A stretch of DNA of 64,000 bases from an uncultured Bacteroides sp. GTDB lineage: Bacteria; Bacteroidota; Bacteroidia; Bacteroidales; Bacteroidaceae. The stretch lies in assembly GCA_944322285.1 (NCBI GenBank), contig CALUOR010000006.1, positions 17,164 through 81,163 of the forward strand, given 5' to 3'. The notes beneath the pieces were generated by a model that was not told the DNA's origin, searched no databases, and saw only the letters and a program-made list of their open reading frames with translations. This document shows, piece by piece, positions 1 through 10,224 of the stretch. Both the position numbers and the translations under genes were made by a program. How positions within the stretch are numbered: the first letter of the stretch is position 1; every line of letters begins with the position of its first letter.

Positions 1-2076
1 CAGCACTTGTCCCTTGTCGTCCCGGATGCGCCAAGTGGCTTCGGGATGCTCCATCGGCTTGTAGAAGTTGGCGGCCTCTACGGAAGCGGAGAAGGTCTCG
101 GCATTGGTCAGTATCAGCTTGGGAATGCGTGCCAAGGGCACTATGGAGCTACAGAAGCGGGAGTAGTCACGCGGGGTGGCATAGCCTTTCTCTTCCCAAA
201 AGACATCGAGCGCACCGACGAGTGCCGTACCTTGGCCGGGGAAGTCGTTCAGCCCCAAGAGTTGGAATCCGCCGAACTTGGGCGTGCGCAGGGCGGCTTC
301 AATGTCTGCCTTGTAGCACAGCGTCTGGAGCTTGCCGGAAGCCAGCAAGAAACTGTCGGCCAATTGGGCGAGTCCGTTCTCGGCCAGGTTATCCCGGAAA
401 ATCTCGAAGTTGCGGGCTTTGTAGACGCCGGTGTACTTCTCTATTTCTTTGAAGTTGGGGTAAACGCACCACTGGCCTATCTCGTGGCTGATGATGGGTT
501 GGGTGAACTGACCCGTATAGTCGCGCCAGTCGTAGTCGGTAGAAGGCTCTTGGGCGTTGATGATGCTCTTCAGACCGGCACCCCATTGCTGGATGCGCGG
601 ATTAGAGTCGCTCAGGAAATCGTTGACGGGCAGGTTGGGCCATCCGGCGGCACTGGTGTAGAGGCGGCGCGGGTCGGCCTGCTTCCAATGGTTGACGAAG
701 TCGGTCAGGTATTTCGCTTGATTCTCTCCTCCCGGTTCGTTGCCGTAGGCCATCATGCAGAAGGAGGGGTGATTGCCGAAGGCGTCCACAATGGCTTGGG
801 CTTCGCGATGGATAAATTCGTCGATGGGCTTGCCGTCGCCGATGGTGGTCGACTGGTTGGCCCAGGAGGAGCACTCGATGGCGAAGTACATGCCCAGTTC
901 GTCCGCGGCCTGGAAGGCGGCTTCGGGCGGACACCAGGAGTGGAAGCGGATGTGGTTGATGCCATAGCTGCGGCAGATGCGAAGCTCGCGGAGCCATTCT
1001 TCCTTATCCGTGGCGGGATAGCCGGTCAGGGGGAAGGCGGCGCAATGCAGCGTGCCGCGCATGAAGACGGGATGCCCGTTCAGCGTCAGCTGTCCGTCCT
1101 TCACGCTCCACGTGCGGCAGCCGAAGGTTACGGTACGGGCGTCCGTTTGCTCCCCGCCTTGGCGGAGGGTACACTCCAGTTGGTAAAGGTTGGGGGTGAA
1201 CTCGTCCCAAGGCTTCACATCGGCGGGCAGGGGGATGGACAGCTCTACGAGGTTGTCGCCAGGCTGCACGGTTCGTTCGAAGGTACGCTCCTCCCCGTCC
1301 ACACGCAGGCCGATGGTTACGTCGCCGGCTTTGCCTACACCATTATTATATATATAGGCTTTCACGTCCAGCCGGCGAGCTTCGAGTTGGGGATAGACGT
1401 CCACTTGGCGATAGGCCACGGGGCTTTGCGCTTTCAGCAGCATGATTCCGGCTATGCCGTTCCAGTTGCCTTGCGTATGGTCCGACACGGAGTGGGAGTT
1501 CACGCCCGGGTCGACGTCGCGGATGGCGTTGTCCACACGGATGCTGAGGGTGTGCTTGCCGGGAGTGAGATACGGGGTGAGGTCGAACCAATGGGGCGCG
1601 CTCAAGGCGTCTTGCTTGCCCGCTTCCTTGCCGTCCACCCATACGCGGCTCACCCAGTGGCAACGCTCTAAGTAGAGGCGGATGGTCTTGCCCGCCCACG
1701 AGTCGGGGATGGTGACGTCACGCTGATACCATGCCACGCCCGCATAGTAGAGGTTGGGTTGCAGCCAGTAGGGTATTTTGAAGTTGTCCGCCCGGCGGTA
1801 GGGCGCGTATCGCTCCTGCGTGAAGAAGGTCTTGTCGTTGAAGTCTCCCTCCCAGGGTGTGTCGAGGTTCACGGGGTCGCCCTTGCCGTTGGTCATCATG
1901 GAGCCGGGCAGGGTGACGCGGTCATCCAGCGACTTGAGAAACCATTGGCCGGTGACGCCTTGGTCGTTGCGGTCGATGGCGAAGCGCCATGTGCCGGAGA
2001 GGTCCATTTCCTGCGCCCGTGCGCCGAGGCACAGGCAGAGGAGCAAAAGGGCCAGAATACGAAGTTGTGATTTCAT
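1..2076 (-). CDS. Glycoside hydrolase family 2 protein (partial; runs off the left edge)
   Basis: Not in the ORF track. Manual minus-strand translation from ATG at 2076 gives MKSQLRILALLLLCLCLGARAQEMDLSGTWRF (signal peptide + GH2 sugar-binding domain), WYQRDVTIP, PWDEFTPNLY, GINHIRFHSWCPPEAAFQAADELG and NHPSFCMMAYGNEP (acid/base NE motif). Confidence 0.88.
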   Translation of the reverse strand, partial: MKSQLRILALLLLCLCLGARAQEMDLSGTWRFAIDRNDQGVTGQWFLKSLDDRVTLPGSMMTNGKGDPVNLDTPWEGDFNDKTFFTQERYAPYRRADNFKIPYWLQPNLYYAGVAWYQRDVTIPDSWAGKTIRLYLERCHWVSRVWVDGKEAGKQDALSAPHWFDLTPYLTPGKHTLSIRVDNAIRDVDPGVNSHSVSDHTQGNWNGIAGIMLLKAQSPVAYRQVDVYPQLEARRLDVKAYIYNNGVGKAGDVTIGLRVDGEERTFERTVQPGDNLVELSIPLPADVKPWDEFTPNLYQLECTLRQGGEQTDARTVTFGCRTWSVKDGQLTLNGHPVFMRGTLHCAAFPLTGYPATDKEEWLRELRICRSYGINHIRFHSWCPPEAAFQAADELGMYFAIECSSWANQSTTIGDGKPIDEFIHREAQAIVDAFGNHPSFCMMAYGNEPGGENQAKYLTDFVNHWKQADPRRLYTSAAGWPNLPVNDFLSDSNPRIQQWGAGLKSIINAQEPSTDYDWRDYTGQFTQPIISHEIGQWCVYPNFKEIEKYTGVYKARNFEIFRDNLAENGLAQLADSFLLASGKLQTLCYKADIEAALRTPKFGGFQLLGLNDFPGQGTALVGALDVFWEEKGYATPRDYSRFCSSIVPLARIPKLILTNAETFSASVEAANFYKPMEHPEATWRIRDDKGQVL

Positions 2077-2108
2077 GTGTATGTCTTTTATAAATTGTTT
2101 TTACTCTT

Positions 2109-2306
2109 TTGAAAACGCGTCTATACGTCGTTAAAAATGCGCCTATACGCCGTTGAAAATGCGTCTATACGCGTTTATAACTGCGTCTATACGCGTTTGT
2201 AACTGCGTCCGCATGTGTTTGAAAACGCACCCGCATGTGTTTGAAAACGCACCCGCATGCGGTTAAAAATGCTCCCGCATGCATTTTTAACTGCTCCCGC
2301 ATGCGT
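2109..2306. repeat. Nine tandem degenerate 22-bp repeats
   Basis: Exact 22-bp period, from TTGAAAACGCGTCTATACGTCG to TTTTAACTGCTCCCGCATGCGT, with no spacers. Confidence 0.9.
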
Positions 2307-2309
2307 TTT

Positions 2310-5300
2310 TCAGCCCTGCTCATCGCTTTCGAACATTGTGCAGGTGCTGTAGATGCCCAGGTGGTTGTTGTCCAAGGCTTCGGCTTCGGCCAGGAAACGG
2401 CGTGCCTTCTCGTGGTGTCCCAGTCCCCAGTGTCCCAACGCCATCATGTACTTGCAGTGGACGATGTTGCGCAGGTCCAGGCTGTCGTCCCAGATGAGGA
2501 GGTCGGGCAGGGACACGGCAAAGTAATCCATGCGCACGTGGTCGAAGAGGTGCTTCTCGCCATAGTTCACCAGCTTGTAGAAGCGTCCGTTGGCTTCGCC
2601 CGTCCGTCCCAGCTTCAGCAAGGCCATACCCTGATAGAATATCTTGTCGGGCTTGGCGTCGTTGTAGTAGAGGGCGGCGGCAGGTTCGGTGGGTCCGACG
2701 GTGGCTTTCTCCCAGCACTCGGTGGCTTTCGCCGTGTCGCCCAAGGCTTCGTAGGCACAGCCCATGAGGTAATAGAAGTCGTTCTCCTGCGCGCCGTACA
2801 GCTTGCCTTCGCCCAAGTTGTGCGGGTAGACGAGGCATTCGGTCAGCAGGCGGATGGCTTCCTCCATGCGGCTTTCCGCCAGAGCCTCCTTGGCCAGTTC
2901 CACGCGAGACAGTTGGTACTGTCCGCTTACCTTGCCTTCGCCTCCTTCCCACGGGTGGAATTGGTGGGAGTCGATGATGCGCTTGGCTTCCTCGTACCGG
3001 CCCGTCAGGTTCAGCAGGGTGGCTTCTTCCAGGATGAGGTCGTCGCGCCGGGCGATGAGGTCGGGGTATTGCAGCAGGAAGTTGAGTCGCTCTTCGTGCG
3101 GACGGTGCAGGCGTTTGTAGAGTTGGTCAAGCTCCATGAGGATACGCGCGTCGGTGGTGTCCAGCTTAAACGCCCGTTCCATGTACTCCACGGCTTTGTC
3201 TTCATCCTGACGCTTGTTAAGGTAGGCCAAAGCGAGGTTACGCCATACCAGCGGATAAGTGTCGTCGCGCTTGGCGGACTCTTCCCAGTAGGCAACGGCC
3301 GTGTCGTACTGCCGCTTGTCGTAGTAGAGGCATCCTAAGAAGTAGGGCGCGCGGGCGTCGTCGGCATAGTGCTTCGTGGCGTACTGCAGGGCAAGAATGG
3401 CTTCCGGCCGGTTGGGGAAGCAATAGTCGGGGCTTTGGGCTTTGGCACGGCGGAAAGGCAGGTCGACATCGTCTTTCCCTTCCTGCGCCATGCACCAGCC
3501 TATGTAATAATAGGTCATGGGGGTGGTGATGTCGTTGTTGACGGCGATGCCCCACAGGCCCAACGCCTCGCGCCAGCATCCGGCGGCGCAATAGTCGAGG
3601 GCAATCTCGTCGTAGTTGTGGGCATTGTCGCGCATACGTTCCTCCAAGGCGGACGTGTCCCGGTCGAGCAGGCAACGTTCGTACAGGCATCCGAAGTTGA
3701 AGGGGTCTATCGCCAACGATTCTTCTATCCAGCGGCGTGCCTCGTCCGTGCGGCCTTGGCGGGCGAGCAGGGTCGCCTTCAAGGCGCGTGCCTTGTGGTT
3801 GTGGGTGTTGCGGATGAGGCTGCGCTCTATCTCGTCCATGGCATCCTCCGTGCGGCCTTGCATCAGGGAGATTTGGGCGCAGGCAAAGTAGCCCGCATCC
3901 TGCCAGGCGGCATTCCAGGTGGATTTGTAGAACCAGTTGTAGGCTTCCTGATAACGTCCTTGATACTTCAGCGCCAGGGCGAGGTTGTAGAGCGGCTCTC
4001 CATCGTAGGGATTGGGATTGCGCTTCATCAGCACCCTGACGGCGGTGCGCAGGTAGCCTTCCGCCTTGCGGAACTGGCCGCGCCGCAAGTACCAGAGACC
4101 CAAGGCGTTGTTGTTGCGCACGTCCATGGGGTCGCGCCGCAAGGCTTCCTCGTAGTAGTCTACGGGGTTGTACGTGGCGTGACGGTATTGCTCCAAGTGC
4201 AGGCCGGTGAGGTAGAGTTGCTCGGTGGTCTTTATCTCTTCGGGCAACAGGGCGGCTTCGGCGGCGTCGGGCAGAGGCTTCACTACATCCGGTTCGGGTT
4301 GCCAGGTCAGGAGTTCGCGTCCCGTCTCGGCATCGCGAAGGATAAGCGTCAGGTTGGCGAAACATTCATCGCCGATGCGCGCCACTTCGTCCAGCACTTG
4401 CTCGGGGCTGAGGATGACCGTTTGGTCATAATAAGTCTGGTCTGCCCCGCGCAAGGTGATGCGCACTTGCTTGCGGCTGGTGGCGAAGACGCGGAAACGC
4501 ACGCTGCCTTCTCCCTCCGGGTCGATGTTCAGCAGGAGGTCTTTCGAAGCGTTTTTCACGATGCCCAATTCGCGGTAAGGCATGAAGTATTGCACGAAAC
4601 TCTTCTCTTCGTAAGGCATCAGCCAGGTGAAGTCGGGCTGGTTCTCGGTGTAGACGCCCGCCATCAGTTCGATGTACGGACCGTCCTCGTCCGTCAGGTT
4701 GCGGTCCCACGCCTGGCCGAAGTCGCCGTTGCCCCATGTCCATTGCTTCTTGCCGGGCGAAACATGATGATTGGCCACGTGCAGCATGCCGCAACGCGTG
4801 TCGTTCTCATAGCCGCCCTCGAAGTCATATTTGGAGTTGACCGCCATGTACGAGGTCGGCACCTTGATGTTCTTGTAGTTGGATATGTCCACGCCGGCGG
4901 AATAGTCCATCTTATAATAAGTGCCCGTGGCGATGGGGAAGCTGCTGACGGCGCGTTTGCCATGGTCGAAGACGGCGTTGATGTCGGGCGGGAAGACGCT
5001 CTGGTAATGGTCATTGACGGCTACGGCGGGGTTGGCCCACCACAGGAAGGTCTGAGGCATCTCCGTGCGGTTGTACACCACGCCGTGTATCTCCAGATAG
5101 GCGCATCCGGGGCGCAAGGTGAAGCCCGCCATGCCTTTCTGATGGAACATGCGCTCCATCTCGCTGACCCATACCGTCACCGAGCCGTCCTCATGCGCTT
5201 CGATGTGCGAGTCGATGGGCATGTAGGTGCTGGGGCGGTGGTGTTGCGGCCAGTTGAATTCGATGCCGCCTGATATCCACGGTCCGGCCAGCCCCACGAG

Positions 5301-5600
5301 TGCGGGCTTGATGACGTGGTTGTAGTAGATGAAGTGCCGCCGGGCTATCTTGTCGTAAGCCATCTGCACACGTCCGCCCAACTGGGGCAGAATCATCACT
5401 TTCAGGTACTCGTTCTCTAAGTAGATGGCGTCATACTCCACGTCCCGCTTCTCGTCTGAGATGGATTCGATGACAGGATAGGGATAGACAACGCCGCTGC
5501 TGCCTTGATACACGCGTTTCTCCAGAAACATCGGTGCTTTCTCCGGTGTGCCCACCTCGTAGGTCGGGATGGTCACTTTCTCTTTCCATGCTTTTGCCAT
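2310..5600 (-). CDS. DUF5107 + tetratricopeptide-repeat protein
   Basis: 1096 aa. N-terminal LENEYLKVMILPQLGGR and WISGGIEFNWPQHHRP are typical of DUF5107; the C-terminal half is TPR-like helical repeats. Confidence 0.85.
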   Translation of the reverse strand: MAKAWKEKVTIPTYEVGTPEKAPMFLEKRVYQGSSGVVYPYPVIESISDEKRDVEYDAIYLENEYLKVMILPQLGGRVQMAYDKIARRHFIYYNHVIKPALVGLAGPWISGGIEFNWPQHHRPSTYMPIDSHIEAHEDGSVTVWVSEMERMFHQKGMAGFTLRPGCAYLEIHGVVYNRTEMPQTFLWWANPAVAVNDHYQSVFPPDINAVFDHGKRAVSSFPIATGTYYKMDYSAGVDISNYKNIKVPTSYMAVNSKYDFEGGYENDTRCGMLHVANHHVSPGKKQWTWGNGDFGQAWDRNLTDEDGPYIELMAGVYTENQPDFTWLMPYEEKSFVQYFMPYRELGIVKNASKDLLLNIDPEGEGSVRFRVFATSRKQVRITLRGADQTYYDQTVILSPEQVLDEVARIGDECFANLTLILRDAETGRELLTWQPEPDVVKPLPDAAEAALLPEEIKTTEQLYLTGLHLEQYRHATYNPVDYYEEALRRDPMDVRNNNALGLWYLRRGQFRKAEGYLRTAVRVLMKRNPNPYDGEPLYNLALALKYQGRYQEAYNWFYKSTWNAAWQDAGYFACAQISLMQGRTEDAMDEIERSLIRNTHNHKARALKATLLARQGRTDEARRWIEESLAIDPFNFGCLYERCLLDRDTSALEERMRDNAHNYDEIALDYCAAGCWREALGLWGIAVNNDITTPMTYYYIGWCMAQEGKDDVDLPFRRAKAQSPDYCFPNRPEAILALQYATKHYADDARAPYFLGCLYYDKRQYDTAVAYWEESAKRDDTYPLVWRNLALAYLNKRQDEDKAVEYMERAFKLDTTDARILMELDQLYKRLHRPHEERLNFLLQYPDLIARRDDLILEEATLLNLTGRYEEAKRIIDSHQFHPWEGGEGKVSGQYQLSRVELAKEALAESRMEEAIRLLTECLVYPHNLGEGKLYGAQENDFYYLMGCAYEALGDTAKATECWEKATVGPTEPAAALYYNDAKPDKIFYQGMALLKLGRTGEANGRFYKLVNYGEKHLFDHVRMDYFAVSLPDLLIWDDSLDLRNIVHCKYMMALGHWGLGHHEKARRFLAEAEALDNNHLGIYSTCTMFESDEQG

Positions 5601-5634
5601 AATTATGAAGTTGAATATTCGTTTTTATTTTCTG

Positions 5635-5693
5635 CAAAAGTATCACATCCTGTCTTATCATTCAATGGATAAATTTGTCCGGTTGATGGATAA
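5635..5693 (-). promoter_or_regulatory. Bacteroidetes -7 promoter box plus a 21-bp-spaced direct repeat (candidate AraC/HTCS operator)
   Basis: Minus-strand TACTTTTG (TAnnTTTG) at 5635-5642; ATGGATAA at 5665 and 5686. Confidence 0.55.
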
Positions 5694-5698
5694 TCTTC

Positions 5699-8600
5699 TT
5701 ATTTCCCATATTCCGAAGGAAGGCAGCCGAAGTATTTCTTGAAACTCGTACTAAAATAGGATGGCGAGTTGAATCCTACCATTGTGCTGACTTCGGCAAT
5801 GGTATATTTGCCTTCTTTCAGCAATTTGCAAGCTTTGTTGAAACGTACCTTCCGGATGAATTCATTAGCCGATTCTCCGGTCAGCGCTTTCATCTTCAGG
5901 TGTAAGTTTGAACGGCTCATGCACATTTCGCGGGCAAATTCATCGGTGGTGAATTCCGGATTGTCCATGTGTTTCTCCATGATTTCCATGGCCTGCTTCA
6001 ACAGTTTTTCGTCTATCGGATTGAGTGCTATCTTTTCAGGCTCTATTTCCAGGGAGTTGGTATAATGCTCAATAGCCCGGCGACGGGTACGGAACTGATT
6101 CTTTATTTTGGCAATGACAATGTTGGTGACAAATGGTTTGGGGATATAATCGTCCGCTCCCACTTGCAGTCCTTCCAGCTGTTCCTTGATGTCTGCCTTG
6201 GCAGAGAGAATAATGACCGGAATGTGGCAGGTGTTCAGGTTTTGTTTGATGTGCTTGCATAGTTGCAAACCATCCATTACAGGCATCATGACATCGGTCA
6301 GAATCAAGTTTATTTCCTGCTCTTTGAGCAAGGCAAGTGCTTCTTCACCGTTTTCCGCTTGCCACACGGGGTATGTTTTCCCTAATTCTTCTGCCAGGTA
6401 TTGTCGGATGTCGGCGTTGTCTTCCACTATTAGTATGTTTTCGTCTTTATGCTTTTCAGAGGATGGTTCCGCCCGGTGTCCGTTTATGGAATTGTCCGGA
6501 CATGAATCCTCCTGTATATCTACCGTATACATTTCCTGTGAGTTGGTAGTATGTATTTCTTCATTTGTTGGGGCATTCTTGTCCGCCTTTTCTTCAGGCT
6601 TGTAGACATTGGCGTTTGTCGGCAGGTAAATGGTAAATGTGCTTCCTTCTCCTATCCGGCTTGTCAGTTCAATGCGTCCGTGGTGAAGCTCCACCAAGCG
6701 TTGCACCAATGAGAGTCCAATGCCGCTTCCCAAATGGTCATCGTTAGCTTGGTAGAAGCGTTCGAATATTTTGCTTTGCTTGTCTTGGGGAATGCCGTAT
6801 CCTGTGTCTGCTATTTGCAGAATTAGTTGGTCGTTTTCTTCTTTTAGGCTGACCGTAATACTTTTACCCTCGCCGGTATATTTGAAGGCGTTGGACAATA
6901 GGTTGTTTTCTATCAGCTCCACATATTCCGGGTCGCAAAGGACGTCTTTCCCTTCTATTTCCGAGTAGAGATTGTATTTTATTTGTTTGCGTTGCGCGAT
7001 TCGTTCATAAAAGCGGAAATTCTTTTCTACAATCCGGTGGACAGGCACTTCCCTGACCCGTAAATGGAACACGCCCAACTCGGCCCGCCGATAATCCATT
7101 AGTTGATTGACCAAGTGCAGCAGTCGGTTGGTGTTCAGCCGGATAAGTTCCAGCTGCTTATGCTCCCAGCGGTCGTTTACTTTGGCTAATAGGTCTTGCA
7201 GTGGAGCCAGTATCAGTGTGAGCGGTGTACGCAGCTCGTGGGAAATGTTGATGAAGAAGCGCAGCTTCATTTCGTTCATTTCTTTTTGCCGCTCTTTGTC
7301 TATGCGCTCCATTTCAATTTGCGCCTTCATCATTTTTTGTGACCAGAAGTATCTGAATATGAAATAGGCACTGCCAATAGCGATAAGGATGAACAGCAAC
7401 GTGGCCCACCACGTCCGGTACCAGACAGGTAAGACGTGTATTTCCAGTACGGCAGGCATCTCATTCCATTTGCCATCATTGTTGGCGGCTTTTACCAGAA
7501 GACGGTAAGTGCCTTGCGGCAGGTTGGAGTAGGAGACGTTTCGTTGCGTTTGTGTCTCATACCATTCCTTGTCGTACCCTTCCAGTGTGTAGGCAAAAGT
7601 GTTGTGGACCCCGGCAATGTAGTTGGGCACCATGAAGCTGATAGAGAACATCCTTTGATCGGGCTTCAGCGTGATGCTCCGGGTCCGGCTGATGTGTTTT
7701 TGCAGGATGCCTGTGGCGTCGCCGGGGCGTACTTCTTTGTTGAACAGACGTAGTTCGGTAAATACCGGTGAAGGTATGTAGGGGTTTTCGCTCAAAGCAT
7801 CGGGATGGAAAATGGTCAATCCGTTTACACCGCCGAAAAACATCCGGCCATCCATTGTGTGGCAATAGGCATATTGGGTGAATTGCGTGTTTTGCAGTTC
7901 GTCACCGGACGTGAATGTTCTGATAGCTTCTGTGTCAATATTGAGGCAGCTAAGCCCTTTTTCCGAGCTTACCCATAATTTTCTATAACTGTCTTCCAAA
8001 ATGCCATATACTACATTGCTGGGTAATCCATCCAGTATGGTATATTGTTTGATTTCTTGTGCGTGCTCGTTGAAGCGGAATAATCCATTTCGGGTAGCAA
8101 TGTAAAACATACCGTCTGCATACTCGTGGATACAATGACAGCCTTGCTTGTTTAATAAATGGTCGGCCGGAAACAAATGTTGTTGTTCCAGCAAACTGTC
8201 GCTTACTTGTCTGAATACATACAGTCCGCCTTTGCACCCTATCCACAAGCGTTGGTGGCTGTCTTTGAAGAAATATTGGACATCGGCAATTTGAATGGAA
8301 TTCCCGTTGTCCATAAGACGGTAGTTCGTAAACGTTTTGTGTCGTTTGTCAAAACGTTTGAGCCCTTCTGAAGTTCCTGCCCATAATTCGTTTTCCCCAC
8401 AGGGATATAGGGTGTAGATACTTTTGATGTCTTTGGGAGCTTTGGTGATGGTTTCTATTCTTCCACTGGGTATATGTAGCAGGCTGAGGCCTCCGGCATG
8501 AGTGCCGATGTAAGCCGTCTGACGTTTGTTGTCGAGGTGAATCGCTTTGATGTCATTAGACTTTAAACCATTCCGGGTGGTATAGTGGTTGAAGGTTTCC

Positions 8601-9736
8601 GTTTGCGGATTGTAAACGTTGATGCCTCCATTGGTGCCAATCCATATTTGGCGGTCAGAACCTTCGGTGATGCAGCTGATGACGTTACTGTTCAATGAGT
8701 TTGCTTTGGGCAATTGGCAGAGGTGGCGGAAACGGTTTCTAAGCGGATGATAGTAGTTGGCACCTCCAAAGAATGTGCCCAGCCACATTCCGTCTTGTTT
8801 GTCCTTAAAGATGCAACGGATGGATGTTTGCGAAAGGCTGGTCGGGTCAGCCGGATCGTGTGTATAGCATTGAAACGTTTCAGTTAAGGCATCGTAGATA
8901 TTGAGCGAGGTAAACGTACCCACCCAAAGGCGGTTTTGACTGTCGAGTGCCAAGGAGCGTACGTAGTCAGAGTTCAAGTAATTTCGGCTGTCGGGGGCAT
9001 AACGCTTGGTCTCTTTTCGTTGGGTGTCGTACCGGTAAAGCCCTTGTCCTTCAGTCGCAATCCAAAAAGTGGAGCTTCCCTGCCGTAAGGCGGCGAGTAT
9101 CGTTTTCCTCTCAATCTCCTTACACGGAAGCTTCTCCGTGCGCTTATTGTTTTTGTTGTAGAGATACAATCCTTCGTCAGTTCCTATATAGATATAATTC
9201 TGTTGTTCGCTAAGGGAGTGAATACGTATGTTTTTCAGAATAGCCGGCAGGTCAGGGGTATGAAATGTACCTGTGGAAATATCGAATGCATAAAGCTTCT
9301 TTTCTGATATGATGAACAGATGCAAAGAGTCCATCTCGGCAAGATGGCTGACCGGTGTGTATCCGTCTGATGCTTCAAAGGTGAAGTTGTGAAAAATATC
9401 TTTGTCCGGATTGTAGTAAGAGAGTCCTTTGTTCGTTCCTATCCATATACGGTCTTTAAGATCCACTTTAATTGTATGAATATAATTATTGCCGATGCTG
9501 GTTGTGTCAGTTCCATCGTGTTGATAGACGGTGAATTCGTACCCATTGTATTTGTTCAGGCCATTTTGAGTAGCCATCCAGATGTTTCCTAGTCGGTCTT
9601 GGTCAATATCCAATACGGTGTTTTGTGATAATCCTTCCTGTAAGCCGATACGTGTGAAGTTGAGAGATTGGGCTTGGGCGGTCAATGTTACCAACCAGCC
9701 CAATAGGTAGCAGAGTATGGTGAGTTGTTTGTTCAT
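5699..9736 (-). CDS. Hybrid two-component sensor kinase/response regulator (HTCS)
   Basis: Beta-propeller repeats, Y_Y_Y domain, TM helix, HisKA (FFINISHELRTPLTLI), HATPase (NLLSNAFKYT, GSGIGL), receiver (LTDVMMPVMDG) and AraC HTH. Confidence 0.97.
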   Translation of the reverse strand: MNKQLTILCYLLGWLVTLTAQAQSLNFTRIGLQEGLSQNTVLDIDQDRLGNIWMATQNGLNKYNGYEFTVYQHDGTDTTSIGNNYIHTIKVDLKDRIWIGTNKGLSYYNPDKDIFHNFTFEASDGYTPVSHLAEMDSLHLFIISEKKLYAFDISTGTFHTPDLPAILKNIRIHSLSEQQNYIYIGTDEGLYLYNKNNKRTEKLPCKEIERKTILAALRQGSSTFWIATEGQGLYRYDTQRKETKRYAPDSRNYLNSDYVRSLALDSQNRLWVGTFTSLNIYDALTETFQCYTHDPADPTSLSQTSIRCIFKDKQDGMWLGTFFGGANYYHPLRNRFRHLCQLPKANSLNSNVISCITEGSDRQIWIGTNGGINVYNPQTETFNHYTTRNGLKSNDIKAIHLDNKRQTAYIGTHAGGLSLLHIPSGRIETITKAPKDIKSIYTLYPCGENELWAGTSEGLKRFDKRHKTFTNYRLMDNGNSIQIADVQYFFKDSHQRLWIGCKGGLYVFRQVSDSLLEQQHLFPADHLLNKQGCHCIHEYADGMFYIATRNGLFRFNEHAQEIKQYTILDGLPSNVVYGILEDSYRKLWVSSEKGLSCLNIDTEAIRTFTSGDELQNTQFTQYAYCHTMDGRMFFGGVNGLTIFHPDALSENPYIPSPVFTELRLFNKEVRPGDATGILQKHISRTRSITLKPDQRMFSISFMVPNYIAGVHNTFAYTLEGYDKEWYETQTQRNVSYSNLPQGTYRLLVKAANNDGKWNEMPAVLEIHVLPVWYRTWWATLLFILIAIGSAYFIFRYFWSQKMMKAQIEMERIDKERQKEMNEMKLRFFINISHELRTPLTLILAPLQDLLAKVNDRWEHKQLELIRLNTNRLLHLVNQLMDYRRAELGVFHLRVREVPVHRIVEKNFRFYERIAQRKQIKYNLYSEIEGKDVLCDPEYVELIENNLLSNAFKYTGEGKSITVSLKEENDQLILQIADTGYGIPQDKQSKIFERFYQANDDHLGSGIGLSLVQRLVELHHGRIELTSRIGEGSTFTIYLPTNANVYKPEEKADKNAPTNEEIHTTNSQEMYTVDIQEDSCPDNSINGHRAEPSSEKHKDENILIVEDNADIRQYLAEELGKTYPVWQAENGEEALALLKEQEINLILTDVMMPVMDGLQLCKHIKQNLNTCHIPVIILSAKADIKEQLEGLQVGADDYIPKPFVTNIVIAKIKNQFRTRRRAIEHYTNSLEIEPEKIALNPIDEKLLKQAMEIMEKHMDNPEFTTDEFAREMCMSRSNLHLKMKALTGESANEFIRKVRFNKACKLLKEGKYTIAEVSTMVGFNSPSYFSTSFKKYFGCLPSEYGK

Positions 9737-9766
9737 GGCATATGTTCCTTAAGGGCATTGTAGTTG

Positions 9767-9774
9767 CAAATATA
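9767..9774 (-). promoter_or_regulatory. Putative -7 promoter element of the HTCS gene
   Basis: Minus-strand TATATTTG matches TAnnTTTG about 30 bp upstream of the ATG. Confidence 0.5.
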
Positions 9775-9951
9775 CAAATTATTTTTTTTCCCGCAACTTC
9801 GTTACAAATATTTGTTGACACGTAGTTTTGTGATTTATTATGTTTTGATGGCTGATTCTGTTAATAGTTGTATATATTTTCTTCCCTGATGCGGCTAATG
9901 GTTGTAAATGTTTATGTTAATGCTTGATTCTCAGTTAATTATGTCTCGCAG

Positions 9952-10056
9952 AAATACTGCGCTATTTCCGCTCAACCAGCGCAGTGTTTACCCCCTAAAT
10001 ACTGCGCTGATTTGAGAGAAAAAGTTAACTGATTGAGCGGAAATAGCGCAGTGTTT
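9952..10056. repeat. 24-bp inverted repeat with internal partial copies
   Basis: AAATACTGCGCTATTTCCGCTCAA (9952-9975) pairs with TTGAGCGGAAATAGCGCAGTGTTT (10033-10056) with 1 mismatch; extra CTGCGCT/AGCGCAG copies lie inside. Confidence 0.8.
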
Positions 10057-10224
10057 TTGAGGCAATTGTTTGCTGTCAATTTGAAATGAGAAATAGTAGG
10101 ACAAAAAGAAGGCTCTGCACCATATTTTGCTTAAGTGAGTGCCCGCCTTATTTCTATAAAAAGAAAAGCACCCGTTGAGATAGCGGATGCCTTTCATCTG
10201 ACGATTGTTATAAAGAGTATGTGC

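Noticed and set aside
7-1671. 554-aa plus-strand ORF
   Set aside because: Antisense shadow of the GC-rich minus-strand GH2 gene; it has no motifs.
2109-2306. Possible CRISPR array
   Set aside because: Units are contiguous with no unique spacers, and there is no cas operon.
2235-5273. Long plus-strand ORFs (367 and 634 aa) and an alternative-frame 375-aa ORF
   Set aside because: Shadows of the DUF5107/TPR gene, expected from its high-GC codon bias.
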